A DNA stretch of 64,000 bases from Callorhinchus milii (taxonomy: Eukaryota), in the NCBI RefSeq assembly GCF_018977255.1, contig NW_024704742.1, positions 83,392,001 to 83,456,000 of the forward strand, given 5' to 3'. Positions 51,225 through 64,000 of this stretch are shown here, one piece after another (position 1 is the first letter of the stretch; each line of letters opens with the position of its first letter). The notes under the pieces were generated by a model. The model made no database searches and was not told the DNA's origin. It worked only from the letters and a program-made list of their open reading frames with translations. A program made the translations under genes and the position numbers.

Positions 51225-52065
51225 CATGAACCGCTCTGCCTCTACCCTCAACTCCAGGACCATTGATATCCTGACAGACTGTCTGTCTGATATCAAGTTC
51301 TGGATGAGAACCAACTTTCTACAGTTGAACGTCAGCAAGACTGAGGCTCTCCTGATTGGCTCGCGCCAGCACATCCGCACCTCAGGCACTGGCAGCATCA
51401 GCATCCGTGGATGCACACTCCACCTCACCAAGCCAGTCAGGGACCTAGGCATCTTGTTCGACCCTCAACTGTCCTTTCTCCCCCATATCCATGCCATGAC
51501 CTGCTCTGCCTTCCTTCACCTCCGCAACATTGCCCGACTCCGCCACTGCCTCAACCCTCAGGCCGCCGAAACCCTCATACATTACAACCACGCTCGACTA
51601 TGCCAACTTCCTGCTTGCGCCCTTTCCAACTCTTCCCTCCACAAGTTGCAGAGCATCCAGAACTCTGCAGCTCGTGTCCGCTCCCGCACCAGGCTCTGTG
51701 ACCCCATCATACCCACACTCACCAGCTCCACTGGTTCCCCATCCCTCAGAGGATCGAGTTCAAAATTTTCATCCTCACGTTCAAGGCCCTCCAAGGCCTT
51801 GCCCCCTCCTACCTCTCCAACCTGCTAACCCCTTATCAACCTGTCCGCTACCTCCACTCAGCAGGCTCCAGTCTGCTCCATGTCCCTTGCTCGGTCCGCC
51901 CCACTATCGGCGGTCGGGCTTTCAGCCTCTCTGCCCTCACCCTCTGGAACTCTATCGCACATTCCCTTCGCCTCGCCCCCACTCTTGCCTCCTTCAAGGC
52001 ACAACTCAAAACCCTCCTCTTGGACTGTGCCTTCGGCCACCCACCTACCTTTCACCCTCCCTGAT
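51225..52065 (+). mobile_element. L2 LINE fragment
   Basis: CLSDIKFWMRTNFLQLNVSKTE...RDLGILFD...HLRNIARLR; inverted relative to 48038-49290. Confidence 0.9.
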
Positions 52066-52987
52066 CTCAGTTATTTTGCCATGTTTAGCTCTTATCAATA
52101 AAGTGAAAAAAGGTAGGTTGGCAGTAAAATGTACCTCTCAATAGCACCAACCAACCCCCGCAATTTCCCGCAAAATCTGCCCAATTTCCCTCGAATATTT
52201 GGCAAATATTTCAGCAATTTCCCATTGGCCCTGCTCATGATTCATTCCCCTAACCCTATGCTTAGACACTAAAAGTTCTTGTCGAGGCAGTTGTACCATA
52301 AAAAGGATGGTGGAAGTGCTAAGCTGACAGAGGTCCTTTCTTGACCTGTGAATCAATTGACTTAGGATAAAGTCTACACAACCGTACCAACACAGAGTAT
52401 TAATCTCCTCTCTCTGCTCTGAGGTCCATGTCCACTGAACGGTATCTTGAACACTTTGTTCTAAAGATCCAGTGGAAGCCAATAAATAAAAATGGTAATT
52501 GTAATTCAGCAGGATTCATCAGGCAGCCGACTGTACGCCTCAACCTAAAGTGCTCACTACATCAGACTGCTCTTCAATCCAGCCAAATCCTTACTACAGA
52601 TTCAATATGGATCAATCTGTGACATGGAGCATGTATACAATAAATATTTAATTATACTACAATCTCTTATCAAGAACATCAGATGAAAAATGCACCATTT
52701 CCTCGGCGTCCAACAATTCCAGGGAAATAGGATTAATTCTCTTGAGTGGCAACTTCTAAGCAAAAAATATGTTTCAAAAATACAGTGTAAAGATGGCACT
52801 GACATTATTTAGAATTGTTATTCCTCTTCTTCCACATACTGTGCACCATTCCAGTACAGAAACACCGAGTTGCCAATCTAGTCCTAAACTATGTAATGCA
52901 ACCATTTGCCAGAAGCTGCTTAAGCTAAGTTAAATAACCAATTGCAAGAGCTACATAAACCGTGTTATGTAATTGTTGTTAGGATTG

Positions 52988-53190
52988 ATAATCCCTCCAA
53001 AACCAAAAACAATCATAAATTGGTCATTTTCAATCTACGACTGTTTGTGGGACATTGCTGTGCGCAATTGGCTGCCGCGTTCGCCCACAAATGTACAGTC
53101 AATTCACTTTACAGTGTGTTCTGTGAAGCGCTTTGGGACGTCCTCCCGACGTGAAAAGCGCTATATCAAATGCAAGGATTATTATTATTA
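52988..53190 (+). mobile_element. Young SINE, 3' module only (no head)
   Basis: Starts at ATAATCCCTCC; near-identical to the 3' half of full-length copies. Confidence 0.9.
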
Positions 53191-53379
53191 TAAACGTGGA
53201 AGCTCACCTTGATGGTCAGTGAACTATCCTTCAACAAATAATAATGGGGTTTACGATGCAACTCCACCTGTTGTTGCTTAAGGCTACTACTACATCAGCA
53301 AACACCCATCCAAGGCTATTGTAATTTGGCATTCAGCTGAACATGACAACTAGTGAAATCCAGTAACATAAGTACTTAC

Positions 53380-53456
53380 TGCAGTCCATGCTCCAATTAT
53401 ACATCGCGAGCAGGTCCAACCATCATGAATTTCATGCAGTGGAACACCATAACAAC
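53380..53456 (-). CDS. KDM4C: KDM4C-like coding exon (end of PHD1)
   Basis: Acceptor cccacag|GT, donor GCA|gtaagt. 77 bp, phase 1 to 0. (S)[25 protein letters not shown]. Not in the ORF track. Confidence 0.95.
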
Positions 53457-53539
53457 CTGTGGGACAAGAAAAATGTCACAACAATTCCTCGCATAATTGA
53501 ACATTTAGTGAGCAGTAATGAGTAGAATAATGAACTTAC

Positions 53540-53753
53540 TTGCATGAACCTGCATACAGCATTTTGCACAGGAAATCAGTGCACTAGTTCCATCCTCTTC
53601 AATAAATGAATTACCAGGAGAAGGCTCATTATTTTCTTCACTGTATGTAAAGCACATTTCTGGAATGAGCGGTTTAGTCTTATGCTTCGTCATTCCTGGC
53701 AACTCAGAAGTATCAGTTTTGATTTCGGACTTTCTTTCTGTCGGGTTATCAGG
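53540..53753 (-). CDS. KDM4C: KDM4C-like coding exon (PHD1)
   Basis: Acceptor cttctag|CCT, donor GCAA|gtaagt. 214 bp, phase 0 to 1. [71 protein letters not shown] contains [11 protein letters not shown] and EEDGTS..ISCAKCC typical of KDM4C. Confidence 0.95.
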
Positions 53754-54470
53754 CTAGAAGTTAAAGAAATATAGTGCACAGTTATTATCCAATGCTCCTT
53801 TTTTAAAGATTTGTACAGAAATATCTAATAAAATCAAACAGGCATAACTTTTCGCAAGCACTTTTATCTAGTCCAAACTACAGCTCGTCAGTTGTTCAGT
53901 TACATCCAATGATTCAGTTAAATTTTAAAAATCCTTAAACCCCGATCATTATTTCAATAAAACAGTGCAAGAGGCTAAGAAACTATGGAACAAGAAAAGA
54001 TCATTCAGTTCATCAAACCTGCTTTTTCCACTGATCATTAACAATCTGCTCCATCTCTATTGCTTACTTCTAAGTAAGCATATAAATAAGCTAGTATTCA
54101 TATAAGCACATCAATGTATTTATAATCTCAACCCCAATATATTTATCCAGCCTCGTTTCACATTTTCTACATCTGTATCATGACCTCTAAAACTTTTTTT
54201 CTCCCTCTCCCCTTCTTCAACAAAGTGATTTCAAAGTTACATAAAGTGATACAACACAGAAAAAGACCATTCAGCCCAACACTGCGCTAGTGTTTAAGCT
54301 CTTTATATATTAAGCAACATATGCTGCCAATCTAGAACTATAGTTATAAATCAATGCTAATTTTAGATAAACTGTTTTTGAAACAAAAGGGTTTTATGAA
54401 ATGAAAAAGATTGACATTTCCCCCCCCACTTTACTTTCTCTTAAACTTTTAGATCATTTAATCATTTTAC

Positions 54471-54652
54471 CTGATAGTAAGGAAAGAAAAGTGAGCAAAT
54501 GGCACAATATGGTTCCATTTTGGAGGCTTCTCCATTGTACTCTTTCTCAGCTTGGATGTTTAGGGACTTGTTCTGCCATAGTTGGACAAGCGGCTTGGCC
54601 CAAGGCTGAGTTTCATTTACTTCCTCTTCATTGGAATTGGAATCAGGCATTT
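54471..54652 (-). CDS. KDM4C: KDM4C-like histone demethylase, internal coding exon (linker plus first Zn ligands of PHD1)
   Basis: Acceptor ttttatttatag|AA, donor CAG|gtaaaa. 182 bp encoding (E)MPDSNSNEEEVNETQPWAKPLVQLWQNKSLNIQAEKEYNGEASKMEPYCAICSLFFPYYQ, resembling the KDM4C WAKPL..LWQ...AEQEYN...CAIC segment. Confidence 0.93.
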
Positions 54653-55574
54653 CTATAAATAAAAAAAAGTTATACATGGACTTCCTATTTTTCAGATGCA
54701 CCAATGGTTCCATTTCAATGACAGCTCATTTTCTAAGGAACAACCAATTGAAGCCACGGCATATCAAAAGTTACATTAGGTACTTCTAAAATCTTCAAGG
54801 CTGACAAATCACAGGAAAGGAAGCTTGCTGGAGATGAAAGACGAGATACAAATGTTCAAATCAAGTCTGAAAGTCAAAGTCAAATAATTTCTTAGAAGCA
54901 ATATTTTACACAAGTGGATTTTAAACATGTCGGACTTCTCAAGACAGAAAACCTAATTACAAGCACAGGGAGATGAGATTAATTGATTGGATGTATATTA
55001 ATAATAATAAGTTAATATAAGTTATAATAATCCTTGCATTTGATATAGCGCCTTATCACTCTTTGAGATGTTTCAAAGTATTTCACAGGATATATTGCAA
55101 AGTGCAGTAACTAAATATAATAACGGAGGCTTCCTTGATTCATTGTCATACAAGTTTAAGTGCTGGTGGACAGCAACCTCTGGAACTCCCTAAATCTACC
55201 ACTATCTCACCTCCTCTCTTTCTATCTTTAATTCCCACTCCAAATCTTACCTCTCTGAACATGCCCTTTCCACCACCTTTTCCCTTGCTCGGCATCAAAT
55301 TTATCCCTTTAAAATGCTCTGAGATTTTCCCCTACGTGAAGCGCACTAAACAAATGTAAATTGTTGTTCTTCATTTTCTGCGATTGGACTTCAGAACGTT
55401 GCTGTAATTGAGATCTCCAAGCCCAAGAGAAATATAGCCTGGGAGACTCATACCCCGGACTAACCCTCATCTTCAGACCAGAGATAAAATTGTTAACCTA
55501 CCAGTTCTGTCAGAATTTGAAGAATTTTTCCACTTTCTTTCCAACATGTTTTAAATATAATACTTGAATTTGAT

Positions 55575-55820
55575 TTAGAACCTTATTTCATCAAAACACA
55601 TCACGCCACTTTACTGAGTTGTTTGTTCACGTGTAGTACTTGTGGGCAGCTGATTTGCACATAGCAGTGACCCACAAACCACCATAAAGTGAATGACCAC
55701 TTTTTTAATCTAAAAGATTGTTGGTCAGGGCACCGGAAACAACTCTCTTTGCATATCAAGGAATCTATAATGTCCACCTGAACAGACAGATGGTGACTCG
55801 ATTTAACATCTCATTTGAAG
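55575..55820 (-). mobile_element. Old DeuSINE fragment
   Basis: cagctgatttgcacatagcag...cccacaaac...aatgtccacctgaacagacag...tttaacatctcat. Confidence 0.6.
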
Positions 55821-58800
55821 CTGATCAGTTGGTTCCATGTTTTTCTCTCACACTGAGAAGGATCAGCTTGACTGTGCCAAAGAGTGCCATCTAGTGCCCT
55901 GACAAAATCTTTCCTGTGTTTTCAATCTTCCCTTTGTTTCCAAATTTTGCTTAATGCATTTTTTTCCTCCAACTGGTTCAAAACGTAAATGTATTAAAAT
56001 GCTAAGTACTTGGTACTATTGCTACACACTTGTGATTGCTAACCTAAACTTTTGTCTAGAGGCAATAGAAATTGCCAAAATAGTAATCCTAATTCTACCT
56101 TTTCGTCAAATGCGAGATGAAGAAACTTGACAATTTGTATGCCAGTTTACCTCACTTGGGCAATAATCTAAGAATGAAAATTTAAATTGAATTAGCCTTT
56201 TAGTGTCTTGTAACTTGAAAAACATAATTTTCTAAGATTCTGATAATAAATTGTAGACAATTATAATTAGTTTGTAGAGTAAAGCAGTGGACTTAATGTA
56301 TTATAATGCAAATTTACTTTTGAACCAAGGCAAAACCACTTCAGATCTTCATCTGATCACTATTATCTTGTCCACTTGCCCAGTCTACTGATGTTTCCAA
56401 TTAATTGTTCCAGTATATATATTATATGCTGAAAGAGGGAGAACACGAGGGAACTGAAAGATTTGGACAATTTTTCAATTGAAACTGTGGCTGGTCTGTT
56501 TTCTAGAACATATTTTTCATGTTTAAACAATTTTATTCTTTGAATGAAATTTTAAAAAATGATTTTTCTTCAAACCAAATATGCTGATTCAATATTCCAA
56601 GTTAAAACAACAACAAATTACATTTGTATAGCACCTTTCAGGTCAGGAGGGCGTCCCAAGGCACTGGACAGTCAGGGATTTGGACCCAAGCTGGGGTTGG
56701 GATACAACTTCTAACAACTCCAAAAGCCAGTGTTTGAGGGTGCAGGACATTACAGTTTGCTCAGGTGGCAACCCTAAAGTGGCCAAGTGTAAACATCTTT
56801 TGAGGGTGAGAAGTGAAATAGTGAAATAGTGGGGATTCCAGCTGCTCAATAAGTTATCTGCCCCCTCTAGGAGCATTTGCAGTGAAACAAGATATTTTAT
56901 CAGCAGCACCGAAAAGTTGAATACAGGTAATTTTACAACCCTCTAATTTTGTCCTTACTTTTCTGAGCCCAAATAAGTCACAACTACCCTTTCAAGGTAA
57001 AGGCCAACAGTACATTGTATATAGCATCATGATTTCTGACATGATTTCAGCAAGATGCTCCAGAGAAGATACAGGAACGGGAAAGTCAAAGGTTTCAATT
57101 CTAACAAACTTAGAATTCTGTTAAGATGCATAAGTGTTCTCAACTTTAGAGTATAACCTGTGAAGCGTTTTGAAACATCTCGATGACTTGATAAGGCTCT
57201 ATATCAAATGCAAGGATTATTATTATTATGTACCTATTTATTTTGTTTCCCACCATCCATCCTCAACAGTAAGGCAGTTTTGTGCTATGCTCACAGATAA
57301 GTGCGCTGAGATTCAAGCTCTGTTCACTGAAAATTCCCTGCTGCCTCGTGCAGTGCTGCTGCCATGGTTTTCTTATGAAACAGGAATACAAACTTGTTCA
57401 GAATGTTAATTTTTTGAAAAAATACGCTGTGGATCTTCCCCATCAATACGGGGTCAGAGGACAATTAAAGCCAGTTGTGACAAATATCAGCAGTTTCCCT
57501 GCAATTTTAATGGTGCAGAGCCAGAACCGTATTTTATCTTGTTTAACAGATGTGAAGTCATATAAACTATTAGAGCACCATTTCCGACTGCCAATCCCAG
57601 GCTTCTATGCTTGAGGATAGACAGCAGTGATATATTCATGCTGTGTACCGCATCATGTGCTTTGACAGGAAAATAGGAAGACATCTGCTTTTTTTTCCAG
57701 GCAATTAAATTATTCTTATCTAAACTATCTCCAGGCATATTATATGTAAACAAAAATATTAACGTTCAAACACGGTTTGAAATTATCTCAATTTTGTATG
57801 TTAGCATTAAAAATATTCTAGAATTAGGGATCTTGAGAGTAATGCTTGGGTAAGTTCAGTTCACTTTGGCAATGTTGCTTATAATGTGATTTCCCATTAT
57901 CCACGTATATTTTTAACGTGTATGTTTACTTTATACCCTTAGATTGAAATGTTACAAACATGATCAACTGCCGATCTTTTACGTGACAAAACAGTGTCTG
58001 CCATTAGTCACTAATGGGCATCGTTATGGTTTTTAATAGTTAAGAACTTTGCTCAGAAGAAATACGTAATGCACCTGGTGCAAAAGTTCCTTGGGTAATG
58101 AAAATGGAGTAATTATATCCTGTCGCTGCCCAAATATTACATTTCCAATCTTTAATATATTTATTTAACACTAATGGTATAACTAGCCAATTGAGTGCAC
58201 AATGTAATAAGGTACAATAAACAGCTTGCAAAAAAAAAACACATGGCTATTAAGTCCAATTTATTTTTGATAAGCAGTAACTGACGTAAAACAGTGCTCC
58301 AATCGCCACTAAGAAATACAAATTTTAGGAACAGGAGTTTCTTATTTTAGCAACAGGATTCTACGCAAGTCATTACTTATTTTTATTACAAAACAGACGG
58401 GAAGAAAAACCTTGTGTAACTGTTTAAATGACTCATCTGAGACCATCTGGAGTTGTACAGTTGCTTTCAAAGATCGAGCAATGATTTTTGCATGCTATTA
58501 AGGAGTAGTAATCTCTCGATGTGAATGAGTTTAATAGCTTTTGTTTTAGAAAAAAATCAAGTTATTATAAAACCACAGCACAGGTCAATTTGATTTAATT
58601 CTTTCAAAAACCAAAATAACTTCCTACTATTTTAAAGATCCTGTGTACAATAAACAATTGAAATTGAATGGTTATTGTTTTGGTTTAATTAAATTCAGAA
58701 CTGCATTAGAAAATTTATTCTAAAACATGTTAAGGTATCTGTGTGCAAATGACTATATTGCAGTATAATTTATCTTTTTAATACTTTGAAATTACAGTTT

Positions 58801-59393
58801 TAACTACTTCTTAAGGACCAAAAATGGACATGGTTGAAACAATAAAAAGGGATTGGATTGTTGGACCTAATTAGTTTTTCCTGCTCCAAAAAATGTTTTT
58901 TAAATAATAATCCTTGCATTTGATACAGCGCCTTATCATGTCATTGAGACATCTCAAAGTGCTTCACAAAATATATTGTAAACTGGATTGACTGTGTATT
59001 TTGCGGGCGAAACGCAGCAGTCAATTGCGCACATGTAATAAAAAATCAAATGTCACCCACATTAAACTCATGTGGGTGATATTTGCAGGACAAGGATTTA
59101 TTGTCCACTCCTGGTACTCTGCGAAGGTAGTTGTGGGACCTTTCTTTAAATCGCTGGCTGCAGTCCTTACAGAGTTCCAAGATATTGACCTAAAGATGAT
59201 GAAGAAACAATGTCATCTTATACATTTAATCATTCCCTCAGAGGAACTCATTTGTTTCAAATTTACCTGTCTAACCCTATTTAGCTCACCACTGCAAGAC
59301 CAATAGCATCCATTTGTTCTCCACTGCAGTATGTTTTGCTTATGAGCAAGTCAAAATCATCAAATCAATCTATCCACTTCCTTTGCCCATTTT

Positions 59394-60870
59394 ATAACAT
59401 AACATGTAGGAGGAGCAGTAGGCCATTCGGCCCTTCGAGCCTGCCCTGCCATTCAGTCATGGCTGATCTTCTAATCTAATGCAGCTAATAACCTGACCCT
59501 GCCTTATCCCCATATCCCTTAATCCCTTTTGCAATAAGAAATCTATCTATCTCAGTCTTGAATATGTTCAAGGACTGAGCGTCAACAGCCCTTTGGGGTA
59601 GTGAGTTCCATACATTCACTACCCTTTGAGTGAAGAAGTTCTTCCTCAACTCAGTGCGAAAGGGCTGGCCTCTGAGTTTAAGGTTGTGACCCCTGGTTTT
59701 AGTTTCTCCAACCAGGGAAAACAATCTCCCACTATCTACTCTATCATGGCCTTTGATGATCTTATAGGTTTCTATAAGATCCCCTCTAATTCTTCTATAT
59801 TCTAGAGAATATAGGTCCAAATTGGTCAGCCTGTCCTGGTAACTCATCCCCTTCATCCCTGGCACTAACCTAGTAATAATAATCCTTGCATTTGATATAG
59901 CGCTTTTCACATCAGGAGGACGTCCCAAAGCGCTTCACAGAACACACTGTAAAGTGAATTGACTGTATATTTGTGGGCGAACGCGGCAGCCAATTGCGCA
60001 CAGCAATGTCCCACAAACAGTGGTAGATTGAAAATGACCAATTTATTATTGTTTGGGGTTTGGGAGGGATTATTATTAGGCGTGTGGAGTAAGGAAACTT
60101 GCCCAAGGTTTTGCCCTGCCTGGAATTGAACTCGGGTCTCTCGCTTGCAAAGCGAGTGCTCTAACCACTGAGCTACAGGACTCCACAAATCTACGCTGCA
60201 CCCACTCCAAGGCAAGTACGTCCTTCCTTAAATAAGGAGACCAAAACTGGACACAGTATTCCAGGTGTGGTCTCACCAGGGCCCTATACAGTTGCAGCAA
60301 GACTTCCCTACTCCTATACGCTAATCCTTTCATAATGAATGCTAACATACCGTTTGCCTTCCTAATCGCTTACTGCACCTGCAGACTAACTTTCTGTGAT
60401 TGGTGTACAAGGACACCCAAGTCCCTCTGGACGCTAACACATTCCAATCTCTCCCCTTCTAAAAAATAACACGCTCTACTGATTTGCTACCGACGTGGAT
60501 GACTTCACACTTCCCCACATTATACTTCATCTGCCACCTACCTGCCCAATCACCTAACCTCTCTATATCGCGCTGCATTTTTTAAATGTCGTCCTCTGTG
60601 TTGACACTTCCTCCTAGTTTTGTGTCATCCGCGAATATAGATATATTAGCTTCGATGTCCTCATCTAGATCGTTGATGTCGATGGTAAATAGCTGAGGCC
60701 CAAGGACTGATTCTTGGGGCACTCCACTAGTCACATCCCGCCAATCCGAAAAGGACCCGTTTATCCCTACTCTTTGTTTCCTACCCGTTGACCATTCCCC
60801 GTTGATATGCTCCCCCCAATTCCATCTGCCCTTATCTTTTGGACTAACCTTTTATGCGGCACCTTATCGA
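59394..60870 (-). mobile_element. CR1 LINE 3' fragment, well preserved, interrupted by a SINE
   Basis: [27 protein letters not shown]...[54 protein letters not shown]. Confidence 0.93.
59874..60186 (-). mobile_element. Young tRNA(Ala)-headed SINE nested in CR1
   Basis: Full-length copy splitting the CR1 segment VQRRF|TRLVP. Confidence 0.92.
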
Positions 60871-61302
60871 TTTATGATGTGGGACACAATACAATATTAC
60901 CAAATTTCAATTTCCTGCTGCAAATTTATTCTCAGTGAGATGCAGGCAGAGCTCCAATAATACTCATTTTTAAATGTTATTAGAAAACCAGCCCCTTTCT
61001 GCCTGTTTAAGAACTTTAAAAATACAAGAATTCGTAAATGTTATTGGAATTATATTGGATTTATATTGCCATTTTTGGTATCAATTTGATCTTGAAGCCA
61101 CCTTCTGGAGGTAATTTGGGGAGGTAAAATCAACTAAACCTGGATTAGGTTAATTCAACAGAAATGGTATTTATGCTTTTCAGTTGAAACGTATTCATGC
61201 ATAATAAATATGAACTAAATGGTTACAGAAATATTTTAAAATGGTCATTTTAGCTAGAAGTTTTATATGTATAAAATACAGAGATACCTTATTTGTTAGT
61301 AA

Positions 61303-61687
61303 TATTAATAATCCTTGCTTTTGATATAGCATCTTATCAAGTCTCTGAGACATCTCAAAGCGCTTCACAGGATATACTCTGTGTTTTGTGGGCGACTGTG
61401 TGTTTTGTGGGCGAAATGCGGCATTCAATTGCACACAGCAGTGTCCCACAAACAGTCGTGGATTGAGTGACCACATTATTATTTTTTTTAGGGATTAATA
61501 CCCCCGGAAAGTGATCCACCAATCGACTAACACGCGGGTTCCTACTTACTGCTAGATAAACAGAGTCGTGTGCCTGTGGAGTAGGAAAACTTGCCTAAGG
61601 TTTCTCCCTGACCCCCCACCTGGGAATCGAACCCAGATCCTCCCACTTGAGAGGCGAGGGCTCTACCCACTGAGCTACAGGACTGCA
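61303..61687 (-). mobile_element. Long-middle SINE, full length
   Basis: Head, ctagcagtaagtaggaacccgcg middle and tail all present; internal ctgtgttttgtgggcga duplication. Confidence 0.85.
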
Positions 61688-62739
61688 CTGCATTAGTAGA
61701 CCTCATTAGGAGGTTTCGTTATTTTATTTTTTAATAGTAATGCACTACCTAAGCGTCCTATTTTATACCAGTATTTCAGTTGTGACATCACATTATGAAA
61801 CCAGTGAGCTCTTCAAGCATGCCATAACCTTTACAACAACTTGTACTAACATAGCGTTTTCATGTAAGATGGATGTCTCAAAACATTTGTCTGACAGGAT
61901 AAGGATCCGTGATTGGAGACGATTACAGTACTGGAGTTCCAGCATGGAATATCCCAATGGGGGAATTCTACTACCCCAAAGAATTCCTCATCTCTGCTTC
62001 ACTGCTGTCAGATGCATTCAGCAGAGACTTTAGAGGCTCTCTCACAGGAGCAATAAGGGAGCCTTGTAAACAGAATGGGTGTAATGAGAGGTAGAGGTTG
62101 GGGGAAAAAGAGGAAAATATGGCCAGAAATAAATTAAATTCATAGATCAAACATATTCACTTACTTATATTTCACTGTGAATTTTCTCTAATTTACTTAC
62201 ACTATTTTTACTTTCTCAGTTGGAATAAAATATTTGAAAATAGTGTAAAACAAAATTCTAGTCATCCTACACAGAATAGAAAGCCATTCTAAATCACTAT
62301 TCAGATTCATTTGAATACATAGCTAAAATACAATGAATTAACAGGAGATTACATCTAAAATAGCAAAAATGAATATTGTAGGTGGGTTTGAATTTTTAAT
62401 TTCTAGTATAACCGATCAAATATTCATGCATCGGATGATAGGATAAAATATCCAATATTTCATACCAATTTGATAGAATAATAATCATGCAAAAGTGAAT
62501 TGACTCAATAAAATGTAATTTAATTATCATTGGTGATAATTATCACATGAAATCAGTTACATATTTTATCCTGCTACCTGTATTGACATTGTACTCCAAA
62601 TGGTACTTTAAAATAGTCTTTGAATTCCCAATCAAAACAGCCATATACAAGTTCATTCCACTTCATTAATAAACCAACTGCTGAAATACAAAGGCTTTCT
62701 CTTACCCTGTCCTCATCTTGCAAATTATTTTCATCTCAC

Positions 62740-63055
62740 TTTCACATAAGTCCCTTCATGCCCAAGCACCAGCCTAACATATCTGATCTCTTCATATCCC
62801 ACTCCTCTGCTCTCCCCACCCTTGCTCAACTAAGGTAGTCCTGCTGCGTTTCTCCTGAATCCTCTATGCTACCATCAATCGCCAAGCCTTCAGCCACTGT
62901 GCCCCTAATCTCTGGAACTCCCTGCCTGAATCCCCTACTACCCCTTCTTTATCCATCCACCTCTTCGACAATGCCAATGGTCATCTTACCCCTCCTTCCT
63001 TATTCACTGTCCAACCCTGGCACTGTACATCATTTTGCGACATTATCCTATATAT
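62740..63055 (+). mobile_element. Old L2 3' fragment
   Basis: gccttcagccactgtgcccctaatctctggaactccctgcct motif. Confidence 0.65.
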
Positions 63056-63059
63056 ATGA

Positions 63060-63483
63060 AGTCCAAAAGCTCAGTGGTTAGAGCATTCGCCTCGCAAGCG
63101 AGAGACCTGGGATCAATTCCTAGCAGGGTGAAATGTTGGGCAAGTTTCCTTACTCCACATGCCTCCGTTTACCTAGCAGTAAGTAGGAACCCAGTTGTTA
63201 GTCAATTGGCGGATCACTTTTCCAGGGGTAATAATTCCTTCAGCCTTTCTGACCCACCCTTTGGAACTCCAACCCACATTCCCTTCACCTCTCCCCCTCC
63301 CTTGCCTCCTTCAAAACCCGTCTCAAGACCCTACTCTTCGACCATGCTTTCATTCACCCTACTTTCCCCACTTCTTTCCACGATCCCGACCTCCAGCTCG
63401 GGTGCAAATCTCTGACTGTCCAGCGCCTTGGGACGTCCTCCCGAACTGAAAGGCGATATACAAAAGTAATATTTTCTTATTAT
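63060..63483 (+). mobile_element. SINE 5' half joined to an L2 3' end
   Basis: Long-middle SINE head at about 63060-63240, then cagcctttctgacccaccctttggaactcc...gcgccttgggacgtcctcccga L2 tail. Confidence 0.78.
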
Positions 63484-64000
63484 TCTCCCAATATATCATC
63501 TTCCGACGCAAGATGAGAATTGAATATCGTGAAACAATGGTATTAGTACTAAACAGAGACCTTCCATTATGAAAACCATTTCAGATGTGGTGTCTGTCTT
63601 GAATAATACCTTTGATTTGATATTAACTGGGAAGCAATTCTTGAGTACAATCAAAATTAAATGCTTTTCAATGCTCCGTCTTCAACGCCATGTTTAATAT
63701 AACAAAACATCCATTTTTTTCCAATCTCAGTAATCAATCGTGGGCTGAGAGGACAGTCAGAGCTGGGTCCATGCAAAACAATTATCTCAAATAGAGGTTT
63801 TCATTATGGAATAATGATTTTGGAGAATGGTATATTTTGGAGAATGTTAAACTGCATACATTTAGATGAAAATCAGTGCCTATCTCAAAATGGTTTGTTG
63901 TTTTAAGAACGTTTTATTTGCGATTTAAAATTACCCCAATGGTTTCCTCTATCCCAAAACAGACGTGCAGAGATAATGTGGGACAAGAGGATTCCCCTTG

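Noticed and set aside
51226..52144. 200-aa ORFs as host genes
   Set aside because: They are L2 ORF2 remnants and their alternative frames; the same applies to ORFs at 488-958, 15748-16548 and 48085-49303.
54653..64000. Upstream KDM4C exon (SWRHPL/SPMTLVKQ-like)
   Set aside because: Not found by eye; probably beyond the window end, though a diverged exon could have been missed.

Overview
Vertebrate (cartilaginous fish, most likely a chimaera, judged from the repeat families) genomic DNA that appears to lie inside one gene on the minus strand: a KDM4/JMJD2 histone demethylase, best matching KDM4C from memory. Five coding exons (54652-54471, 53753-53540, 53456-53380, 47092-47037, 42861-42753) have GT-AG splice sites, join in frame, and encode PHD1 and the Zn-knuckle of the PZP module. 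I found neither the next exon (PHD2) nor the previous one, so positions 1-42752 look like one very large intron. The rest is intronic and rich in retroposons: L2 and CR1 LINE fragments, three structural classes of tRNA-headed DeuSINE-related SINEs, Penelope-like fragments carrying hammerhead ribozyme motifs, a palindromic MITE-like element and an unassigned repeat present three times. Most ORFs in the track are repeat-derived or spurious. I see no clear-cut novel system. The best leads are an intact minimal hammerhead in a TSD-flanked 113-bp insertion, a SINE 3' module bounded by 12-bp inverted repeats that coincides with truncation and junction points, the unassigned repeat, and several hairpins. 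Repeat boundaries are approximate and family names are from recognition, not database searches.
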